From assembly GCA_900128395.1 (NCBI GenBank), contig LT649327.1, positions 1-37,338 of the forward strand: a stretch of 37,338 nucleotides of DNA, in the 5' to 3' direction. The position numbers and the translations under genes are program-made. The notes under the pieces were generated by a model that was not told where the DNA came from, did not search any database, and saw only the letters and a list, made by a program, of their open reading frames with translations. The stretch comes from Stramenopiles sp. TOSAG23-2 (lineage: Eukaryota). Of the stretch, positions 19,794 to 30,000 are shown one piece after another; within the stretch, counting starts at the first letter, position 1, and the number at the start of each line of letters is the position of its first letter.

Positions 19794-20284
19794 ATGGCTA
19801 CATTTGGTGAATTAATTACCGCAGCTACAGAAGCAGTTGGTGACAATAAAATCGATGGGAAAAAAGCGAAAGAATTAATTGATGGAGGTGATTGTATCGT
19901 CTTAAATGTACAAGACGGTGATAGTAAAATACCTGGGGCATATAATGCTACGCTTGGAACCTTGCCATTCAAAGCCTGTTCTGGCGCCGGTGGTTTTCAG
20001 GATAAAATGTTGACTGATAATAAAACCAGCAAAAAATTTATTGTCACTTGTGCACTTGGTGGACAAGCTTTGTTGGGAGCAAAATTGTAAGTTTTAAAAA
20101 ATCTAATTCATTGTAGCACTGTTCTCTAACAAACCTTATACTATTTTTTTTTATATATATATATAATGATGATATATATATTAATATGTTACACAGATTA
20201 ATTGACTATGGGTATCCAAACGTATATGTAGTATCTGGCGGAGATAAAGGTTGGGAAGATGCAGGCTGTCCATTAGTGAAATAA
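19794..20284 (+). CDS. Single-domain rhodanese-like sulfurtransferase; exons 19794-20086 and 20197-20284
   Basis: IVLNVQD..KIPGAYN and active-loop CALGGQA. Removing the GTAAGT...ACACAG intron (20087-20196) gives in-frame LLIDYGYPNVYVVSGGDKGWEDAGCPLVK*, the typical rhodanese C-terminus. Confidence 0.85.
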
Positions 20285-20632
20285 ATTATGGAAAGCATGG
20301 TGTTTATACGAATATATTTATATATATATTAAAACAATTTACTAAAATAATATATTTTATATTAATAGATGCATATTTATTAAATCACTTTTGATTTGAG
20401 ACTTTAATTTACGGGAGTAAAAGAAATTTATATTATATTTTTATATAACATACGAGAAGTATGTGCGAGTAAAGAGAAAAATTATATATAAATATATATG
20501 CATAAATTATTGCATAAACTTAACATATTATACTTCGAGTACTCGTACATGTGTATACACATCATGGTAATCGCGATATAAAATACAGGGATATATCTCT
20601 CTAATCTCTCTGTCTCTCTCTCTCTTTTCATT

Positions 20633-21841
20633 TTACATATTTGCCCCATCTTGCAATAGAATAACACTTCGAAGTGCTTCCCCACTGTGAAGTTTGTGGA
20701 ATGCTTCATTAATGTCTTTTAAAGGAAAGGTAAAAGTAATAAATTCATCAACCTTTAGTTTTCCATCAAGATATTTTTGGACATAACCACCGAGTTGGGT
20801 GCGTCCACGTGTTCCACCGAATGCCGTTCCATGCCATTCTTTCCCAATTACCATTTGGAAGGAACGTGTCGCGATCTCTTTTCCCTCCGGTGCAACACCA
20901 ATAATACAGCTTTTACCCCAACCCTTATGGCAATATTCAAGCGCTTGACGCATGGTTGTTGTATTGCCAATAGCTTCAAATGTATAATCTGGGCCAGCGC
21001 CTGGATAACCACCACAAAGTTTATTTAAATACGCACCAAGATCTCCACCTTCAACTGTTTTTGGATTAACGAAATCAGTAGCCCCAAAATCTTTTGCCAT
21101 TGGAAATTTTGCTTCATTGATATCAATAGCAACAATTTTCCTGCATCCAGCTTCTTTCAATCCCATGATAACTGCAAGTCCAACACCTCCAAGACCCCAA
21201 ACTGCCCCGATAGTATCTGGTTCCACTTTGATCGTGTTCATTACTGCACCATATCCTGTGGTAATACCACAACCTAATAAGCCAATTTTATCCAATGGTG
21301 CTTCTTTTGGCACTACAGCAACAGAAATTTCTGGGCATACAGTATACTGTGAGAACGTAGAGCATCCCATGAAGTGATGAACCACTTTGCCATCCATTGT
21401 ACTAAAACGAGATGTACCATCAGGCATGACACCTTTCCCTTGTGGTCCACGAATTACACCACACAAATTAGTTTTGGCGAAATTTTTTTTCGTGCAATAA
21501 CAGCAAAAGCCATAGTTTGGTTCATTTTCATATTCGTTTCTGCATTCTGGAATATATAAAGGTATAACGTGGTCACCGACTTTCACACTTGTTACTCCTT
21601 CACCAATTGATTCAACGATACCACCACCTTCATGTCCAAGAATAACAGGGAATTGTTGAGAAGCATATAGCGGTTCTGAATAATCAGTATGGCATACACC
21701 ACTACCAATAATTTTAATACGCACTTCCAATCTTTTTGGCGGTGCAACTTGTACATCAACAATTTGCAACTCACCTTTTCTTTCAAATTGTACAGCAGCT
21801 TTGCATGTAATGACTTTTCCTTCCGTAGCAATAGCAGACAT
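20633..21841 (-). CDS. ADH5: Class III alcohol dehydrogenase / S-(hydroxymethyl)glutathione dehydrogenase (GSNOR)-like
   Basis: ATG at 21841 (MSAIATEGKVITCKAAV). Motifs GVCHTD, FPVILGHEGGGIVES, GDHVIPLYIPEC, KTNLC..IR..QGKGVMPDGTSRF, FMGCSTFSQY, LLGCGITTGYGA, GLGGVGL, CHKGWG.S, GTAFGG. Confidence 0.9.
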   Translation of the reverse strand: MSAIATEGKVITCKAAVQFERKGELQIVDVQVAPPKRLEVRIKIIGSGVCHTDYSEPLYASQQFPVILGHEGGGIVESIGEGVTSVKVGDHVIPLYIPECRNEYENEPNYGFCCYCTKKNFAKTNLCGVIRGPQGKGVMPDGTSRFSTMDGKVVHHFMGCSTFSQYTVCPEISVAVVPKEAPLDKIGLLGCGITTGYGAVMNTIKVEPDTIGAVWGLGGVGLAVIMGLKEAGCRKIVAIDINEAKFPMAKDFGATDFVNPKTVEGGDLGAYLNKLCGGYPGAGPDYTFEAIGNTTTMRQALEYCHKGWGKSCIIGVAPEGKEIATRSFQMVIGKEWHGTAFGGTRGRTQLGGYVQKYLDGKLKVDEFITFTFPLKDINEAFHKLHSGEALRSVILLQDGANM

Positions 21842-21843
21842 AA

Positions 21844-21851
<8 letters not shown>

Positions 21852-21875
<24 letters not shown>

Positions 21876-21998
21876 TTATGTAATTATATAAATAAATAAA
21901 TGAATTAAATAGTATTTTACTATATAGAATTACACACACACACACTTATGTAATTATATAAATAAATGAATTAAATAGTATTTCACTATATAGAATTA
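21852..21998. repeat. ~70-80-bp imperfect tandem duplication with (CA)n microsatellite just upstream of the ADH start
   Basis: (CA)nCTTATGTAATTATATAAATAAA...TAGTATTT(T/C)ACTATATAGAATTA occurs twice, with microsatellite-length differences. Confidence 0.9.
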
Positions 21999-22546
21999 TC
22001 TTTGTATATTAATATTTAAATCTATTATATATTTACATCTTGTCGCGTCGGTCTCTTGTTCAGAATGCCTCGTAGTATATATTTGATATTCATTTTTTTT
22101 ACACAATTGTGCAATTCATGATGTGCTCATCATTATTATCACACAGGATAATACAAAAGATTACCACAGGATTACCAGATTACCACCATCACACCACACG
22201 GTACAAAAGATATTAATATTATACCATAGATTTTCCAGTACCCTGACAAGGAAAACTAGCTACTTGTACAGTATACAGAAGCAGAGAGGATAATAGCGAG
22301 AAGAGTGTTGGTTCAAAGAATTAAATAACAAGGAAATAGCATTACCAGAATTCATAAATTGCAGTATTTTCAGGACGTACTTTTTTATATAGGTGTGCTA
22401 TAGTCTATTAAATACTACATTATAACATTATAATATGCGTGATATACATATACTGTATATATATATATATAGACTGTATCTGTAGAATACATATTCTATA
22501 AACCATTTGAAAGGGAAAAAGAAAATAATAAAAAACAAAACAAAAT

Positions 22547-23698
22547 ATGGAAGATAAAGGAAAAGAAAGCAATGAATTCATGTATGCTGCAAACGAACCT
22601 AATGCATTTACTAATAATGACAGAGTTAAAAACCATACGTCTGAAAGGAGAAATGGCAATGTTATTAGTAACATTTATTGTGATTCTATTTATGATAAAG
22701 AATCTAAATTTATTAGGAACCTTAAGAAAATGCAACAAGGGAAAAAAAAATCTGGAGGAAAACAAAAAACTTTTACAATACAAAGTATAAAACAACTCGA
22801 AAAACAAATGAAAGAGCCGGAGAGATCAGGCGGATTTTATACGCTTCCAGGAGGTATAGCAGGAGTTTATATTTTAAAAAATATGATCAAGCACTTAGAT
22901 TTAAAATCAACTTTGAATCTAAAAGAAACTAGTTTGATAAAACATTTGTCGTTAAAATATGACAACAATGTTATCCACAATAGTATTGATGAATTGGTTA
23001 AAGTGGGTAAAGAAAGGGTTTCAAACAAATTGCATGAAAAATATAGAAAAGAATTTCCAACTGCAACAGCAAATTGCTGTAGTTGGCAAGGTATACCGGC
23101 GCCATTTTTACTAGCCTGTGAAAAAGGTCGTATCAATGATGTTATGAAATTTATCCATTTGCATAATTGCAATGCATATAAATGGAAGGAAAATTACCAA
23201 GTACCAGATCGGATTTGTGTCAATGGAAGTCTGTCTCAAATGTATTATCCGAAACAAATGAATGTTAATACTGCGGGCAGACTTAATGACATGGTAAATA
23301 AAGAAGGCACAACAAGCACCGGTTTTCCTGCTACTCCGTTATGTATAGCTGCTATAAATGAACATCTTCCAGTTTGCAAATTATTGTTGAAACATGGTGC
23401 TGATATTGGACATACAACTACGTTTGGACTGAATTGTTTACATCTCGCGGCAACTCATAACAACAAAAGTACAGAGACAATCAAGTTTTTGTTAAGCAAC
23501 ATGTCGTTAAAGGAGATCAATGGTTTATGTGGATTAAGCCGTGATACAACCCCACTCGATATGGCCTATCGTGACCCTGAACAAAATCCAATTGGTTTTG
23601 ATATTATAAAACTAATTCGTAAATACGGTGGTAAAGCAGACCATCATAATGAAAAAGGTCTAATGGTGGGTTATGGGAATGGCGATTTGTATGACTGA
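22547..23698 (+). CDS. Ankyrin-repeat protein with possible F-box-like motif
   Basis: Ankyrin-like segments PFLLACEKG, TPLCIAAINEHLPVCKLLLKHGADI, GLNCLHLAA and TPLDMAY...IIKLIRKYGGK. Upstream TLP...ILKNMIKHLDLKSTLNLKETS resembles an F-box. Confidence 0.8.
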   Translation: MEDKGKESNEFMYAANEPNAFTNNDRVKNHTSERRNGNVISNIYCDSIYDKESKFIRNLKKMQQGKKKSGGKQKTFTIQSIKQLEKQMKEPERSGGFYTLPGGIAGVYILKNMIKHLDLKSTLNLKETSLIKHLSLKYDNNVIHNSIDELVKVGKERVSNKLHEKYRKEFPTATANCCSWQGIPAPFLLACEKGRINDVMKFIHLHNCNAYKWKENYQVPDRICVNGSLSQMYYPKQMNVNTAGRLNDMVNKEGTTSTGFPATPLCIAAINEHLPVCKLLLKHGADIGHTTTFGLNCLHLAATHNNKSTETIKFLLSNMSLKEINGLCGLSRDTTPLDMAYRDPEQNPIGFDIIKLIRKYGGKADHHNEKGLMVGYGNGDLYD

Positions 23699-24066
23699 TT
23701 TAAGATTAGGGAGGGAGTAAAACATTTTTTGTTTTGGTGTGTGGGCAAAATTGTTTTGGTGTGTGGGCAAAATTGTTTTGTCTAATTAATGTGTGTGTTT
23801 CAGGAAGCAAACACCACATACTTCAATGGTGAGATGTTATTTATATATATATACGAGTATATATATTAAAAATATAATATCATATGCATATAATATTGTA
23901 TTCTTTCTGGAGAGTATGATAGGAATTATCATTGAGTAAATTAAAAAATAAGTTATTGTGCACATTAATTATAAAAATACACGATAATTATATCATATTA
24001 AAAATACGAAGAGTCTACCTTCGTATATTTTTTTATATTTATTATTAAAACATCATATAAAACTCT

Positions 24067-27000
24067 TTAACCACGCTTATTACGCACAGCATTCAATCCA
24101 CCACCTGCTACAGCACCTAAACGTGGATCTGTCCAGCTGGTAGTTTTCGTGTTATGATTTTTGTAATAATAACGACCGCTACTAGCCTTGACTTTAGTAA
24201 TCCATGGTGGCAATGGTCCTAATCCACTATCATCATCCGTTTTAGTTTGCAATCCTAATTTTGGACTGGAAGAACGGCTACTATCACCCCAAGCTATCAA
24301 AGAATCACGAATGCCTTTCATTACTTCGGATACACTCACAGTCTTATCTTTATCATAATCGAAATGAAGCATAACTAATTTAATATGATCTTCATTCAAG
24401 CTTACATTGAAATCTCTTAAACTATCGCGGAACTCTTTTACATCTAACTGTCCATCATCGCCTGCATTAATTTTCAAAAACTTTTCCAATTGTTGCAAAG
24501 ATCGTTCTTTGTTATTTGGATTTCGGACAATTATTTGCTTGCCGATAGTACCCAAAGCTTGTTTCAGCGTATTTTGGTAAATTTGCCACTCTTCCTCTGA
24601 ACTCATCTTTTCTCTAATACTACTTTCTGCTAATTTACGTTTATTTGCAGCTTGTTTCTCCAACGTACGTTTATTAATAGATCGTCGTGGAGATACATTC
24701 ACAGCTGGAGATTGAAGATTTTCTCTTCCAACTCTTGGTCTTGTTGGTGTATTTATGCTGCCACGAATTTCATTTGCTTTAAGACTTTGAGATGGAGATT
24801 GTACTACTTGTACATTGCCTGTATAGGTAAAAAACATTTATGGTCAGTGTTGTGTTCGTAAAATGTTATATATATTAGTTGTGATAATGATTATATATAA
24901 ATATGATCTATTTTTTTGTTTTTTGTACTTACTTCTATCAGCTAGCTTTCTATTTTCCTCATCCTTTTGTTTTAATTGCTCCATTAATTCTTGAACTTTC
25001 TTTTCCTTTGCATCGTTTTCCTCTTTCAATTTCTTTGCATCCTCTTCAGCTTGTTTGGCTTTTGCAGCAATTTGTTCTTTTTCCTTGACAGCTGCTGCAT
25101 GTTCATCCTCTTTCCTTTTTAATCTTTCGGCAATTTCTTTTTCCCTATCACTTGCATTAGCTGATGGTGTAATTGCCATTGCTTGATTTTTCTTAGCCTT
25201 CTCTTTCTCTAATTCCTTCTGTATCTGTTCCATCTTCTGCTTATAATCATTTGCCTCTTTCTCAGCTTTCTCTCTTGCTTTCTGAGCCTGATCTTTCTCC
25301 TTCTGCGCTGCCACTATTTTCGCTTTACTTTCAGCTTTTAGCTTTGTCGAATCAACATTGGACGAAAGATTGGATTTACTCTGATATTGTTTAGAAGGGG
25401 CTGATGGTTTAGCTAATTGCAATTTCAATTTATCTATTTCCTCCTGCATCTTACTCTTTTCCTCGCTGCTGAATATATCCGCAAAAGCCCTGTTGCCTTT
25501 AACCGCCGCGAGTATTTTATTTGTTTTTTTCTTGGAGGTAGTCTTTGCAATGCCTTTTTTCTTTTTATCAGCGACTCCAAAATCCATATGTTTCTTACTA
25601 GTACTGAACGTGTACATGATGCGGATTTCACCAGTTTTTTCAGGCGCTGCAACTTGTTCATACGAATCATTGCGGTATATTGGAAACCACTTGTTGCCCA
25701 CATCATGTCCTAAACTACTTATTAATGAAACAGGGATTTCACAATCACCAATATACTGATCCCCACCTGCACCTTTCATATTGCTCAATGGTGTTGTAAA
25801 TGCAGTCAGCATCAAACGTGGGGTAATCTCCTTCCCTAAATGCAGCACACTGCATTTCAATCTTTCCCATAAATTACTATCAAATTCATCAACAAACTTA
25901 AATACATCTTTCTCGGATTCTTTTTCATTCCGTGCATTTTCCTCTTCGCCTAATGCTTTAGCCTCGCTCTCTAGAACTATTTTCCCTTTATAAGTTGTAT
26001 ACTTTTCTATTTCACCAATATTTTCGGATTTACCATGTACAAAACTTTGCCATCGCTTTTCATCGTCAAATTGCCAGTTAGCAGCTACTCCACCTTTCTT
26101 GGATTTCTCTTCTTCCACTTTACTTCCAGTTAGGAATGGCGGCTTGGCTTCTTGGACAGAATCACTTGCCGATTCGAAATTCCAATTTTTTTGCCAACCT
26201 TTAGGACCAACAATTTCATATTCGTTGGCTGATCGAGAATCATAGGCAGTACCAAAGAGCATGCCACTTTTTGGGTCTCTCCGGACAGAAACAACTACGT
26301 AACGGGGATCTTTCATGATGACACGAGAATTGCCACTTCGTACAACCTTTTCCCGATTACGCAAGATGTATGGTACCATATAAAATGAAATTTCTATAGG
26401 CTTTTCTGTATCATATTGTAATTCCATAACTTCAATGTTTTTGTTCTCCTTTTTCTTCGGCTTCTCTTTCTTATCTTCGTCTTCACCTGTTTCCGCATCT
26501 GTTGAAACTTTCTTTGATTTATCGTTTGTAGACTTATTACTATTTACCTCTTCAGTAGCTTCCGGCTCCTCTTTCTTATCTTCGTCATACTTGCATATTT
26601 GTAACCGTAAGTATTTCTCTTTCTCATTTTTAGCATTTTTGTTTTCATACAAATTATTTTGTAACCAAAATTCCAATGCATGTTCCCCATGGCCACTTGT
26701 TGTACAAATATTTTCGTAAATAATATTTTTTATCCTATCCGGTAGACTTTTAGTATAGCAGCTACGCCCTTTGTATGTAAACTCGCAATTATTGCACCAG
26801 TCTTCAAAATAGTTATCGACATTTGACTTTGGCACGAAAGAGATAGCCTGCACAATTAACAAAAAGAGCGTCTTTTGTGAGATTTCATTTGCATGTAACT
26901 TACGCTTCGATGATTTCTGTTTTTCTCTCCAAATGGTTTTAGGTCGCCCAAATCCTAAATGCATGACATCTGTATGTTTAATAGGCAATGCATTCGTTGT

Positions 27001-30000
27001 TGGGCAATATGGAACCTCAAATGTAGCATTAAACCATGGCTGCGATCCACCATCTTTATCAGCTTTGGTCCGTTGATAGAAATTTCTGAAGCCGTCCGTT
27101 TCTTTGTTTTCATCATGCTTAGGCAACATTTCAACTGATACATAAGGATTTTTCATATTTTCTAAATGGCTGACAAATGTAGTCCAATCCATAGATTCGT
27201 TTGTTGCACCATCACTGGACTGAAATACGACTTTCAAAACAGAAGAAGTTCCACTCAAGTATGCCCTTAATCGTTTCTTTTGTCGAATTGCATCTAAGAC
27301 TCTCTTCCTACGTTTCACGAGTGAGTCTGGGGCATCCGATTGATCTACTTTAACATCTTTAAATCTTGATCCTTTATTAGTAGATGTAGCCATTGCGTCA
27401 TCATCGTCATTTTCTTCATCTTCGACCCTGAATGTCAATGCCTCTGAAGTTGCATTGATGAAGAAATCAAACGAATTCTCTGCAAATGCGTCTTGCAATG
27501 CCTGGACAAATGTTTCACTTTCCCCTAGTTTCAATTCGATTTTTCCTGAAGTACTGTCTCTAGAAATCAACAAACGATTCGCAAACTTCCTGCACGCTCT
27601 CTCCTCTGCTGGCTGTAGCGCTGATACAAAAACTGGGCACATTTTGTCTATTGCATAACGTTGTTCCAAATCACCGCGAGCACGTGAAAGCATTTCATCG
27701 CAATGACTAATATACGCCGTATATTTCGATGATTTCGTTAATCCCCTTTCGCCTTTTTTCAACCGTTTAGGTGAAGCTATTTTTGCGTATTTATTATCGA
27801 GCAATAAATCTGCCAAGATCGACATGTAGGACATGTCTTCCTCGATCACCAGTTTCAGTTCCTCCTGTGATTCTGGATCACGGGCAATAGCTACAATATT
27901 TTTCCTTGTACGGTCTACACCCAATGTTACTAGCCAGTAGGTTATTCCATCTGCATTGTTAGATTTTCGTCTCAGCAAATAACGCAATTTTTCTTCGATG
28001 TGTTCCACGGAAGCACCTTTCATTAGTCTTGCTAGATCAGAGCAAGCAACCTCATTTTGTATATTCAAATCATCTAAAACCATTTTCAGCTTAATCAATG
28101 CTGGAAGTTCATCGTTTTTTTTTACTTTGAATTCCATCAATGCCTTTGCCGCCTTTTCTTCCTCGGATTCTCTGTCAACATTTTTCGTATCATCAGCGGT
28201 TCCGTCAGTATTTGGGGCATTTTCCTCAGATTTCTGCGTTTCATCATCAGCGGTTCCGTTAGTGTTTAGGGCAACGTTAACAGAATCCTGTGCGTGCTCT
28301 GTATCACAAATAGAGTACATTTGTTCATGCAATCGTTCAACAAAATCAGATATTAAAACAACACAAAAATCATTTATGCGCGTTACTTTGAATTTGCTAA
28401 ATGCTTGTGTGACATCTACTGCATCATCCACCTGCCCAGCAACACTAGCTAACGCTTCTAACGCTTGTTTTGCTAATTCGCGGGTCTCTTTTAAATTCAA
28501 AGGATCATCTCCGTCATTACCTCTGGATGAATTTTCAGCTTTAATGGCCAATGTCGGCTTTCTATAAACATGTTCCACCGAGCCCCATTCTGCAACATAC
28601 GTATGTGGTTGTTGCGCAACCTCGCACCCTTCTTTATCTTCCAAAAGTGTTTTCGTTTTCTCATCCCCTTCCTTTAATTCTCCCTCTAGCAAGCTAGTAA
28701 AATAACTCTCCGTTGTTTCTAAATTAGATTCACCGCCACCAGCGTATTTCATTTCGAATACACGGACTACACGCTTTAATTCATCCAATGTTAATGGCTG
28801 CTCTAGCAAATCTTCCCAACTTTCTATTTCACTCTCAGCAGCATCCGCTGCCCTTAGCTTACTAAGTTTAGATGTAACCCCATTTTTGAAAATGCTTCGA
28901 AGTTGAGAAAGTGCACCTTGGTCATTAGATAATGGCCAATGTACTTTTTCATATTCAATTGTACCAGTCTCTTTTTTTGGATCCTCTCCTGTTGCTTCTT
29001 CCTTCGTATCTTTTCTATTTTTTTCTTGTCGTATACTGCCTATGTAAATTTTTTGCATAATCTGTAGGACTTCATGCAAAGATCGACGTTTCACGAGTGT
29101 ATCTTCATTGCTCTTCAACCATAAGGCAAATTCTTTATAGTCAATTTCGCCATCACCTTCCCTATCAAAACGTTCCATCAATGTTTTCACTTCTTTTTTA
29201 TGGAGCTTAAATCCCATAGTCTTTAATGCAGCGGAGAATTCTTTAATATCTATAGTGCCGCTTCTATTTGAATCAAACCGATTGAACCACTTCATAATGT
29301 TTTGTGATTCACGATCTTTCGCAGACAAAACTTTTTCTAATCCTGCAATTCGCATGCACCGTTGCCATATAGGCACGAAGTCACTACGATCATCTCTAGA
29401 CGCTGTCGATTGCAATTTAGAAATTTCATTGGCTTTTCTAGATCCTAAATGTACCTTCTCAATTATATCAATGACAGTAAACACTCGTTTTAATACTACT
29501 GATTCAACATATTCAGCAAGTTGGGTATAAATTGAACTATCAAATACTTTTTCCTCTTTTTTTCTAAACCCAGCAGATACCAAAGTTTTAGGAGTATCGT
29601 CTCCAAAATTATGCCTTGTTTTATTTCTATAATGTTCTCCACTTAAAAGCTCTGCTTTTCCTCCACTCCCCCGTTTCCCAGCGCTAACTTTAACTACATC
29701 AATGTAACGCATTTCATGTTTTGCTTCATCGTCTCGCTGCATATATTTATTTCGCTGCTTCTGTTTGACCCATTTTTTGAATTTGTTAATACGCTTCTTA
29801 TCCAATTCTTGGTATTTTTTTACTTTATGCCGTTTATCCAAATATTTATCCAATGCCGAGTTCTTTCCGCCTTTCTTAGTTTCAATATCATCCTCATCGT
29901 TATCAATTTGTGGATTTTCGCCACCATCTGGTGTTTCCTTTGCTCCTGCGGTAGTACTTGCGGTTGTAGATTCGGAAACTTCCGTGGCGCTGCCACTTTT

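Noticed and set aside
21592-21945. ORFs starting MCVCV
   Set aside because: They are translations of the (CA)n microsatellite; the real ADH start is ATG 21841.
24067-24837. Stand-alone EF-hand/WW gene
   Set aside because: Better explained as exon 3 of the calpain through an in-frame GT-AG intron.
28185-28275. Short coding repeat NT(N/D)GTADD twice in the calpain
   Set aside because: An ordinary small duplication in a disordered linker.
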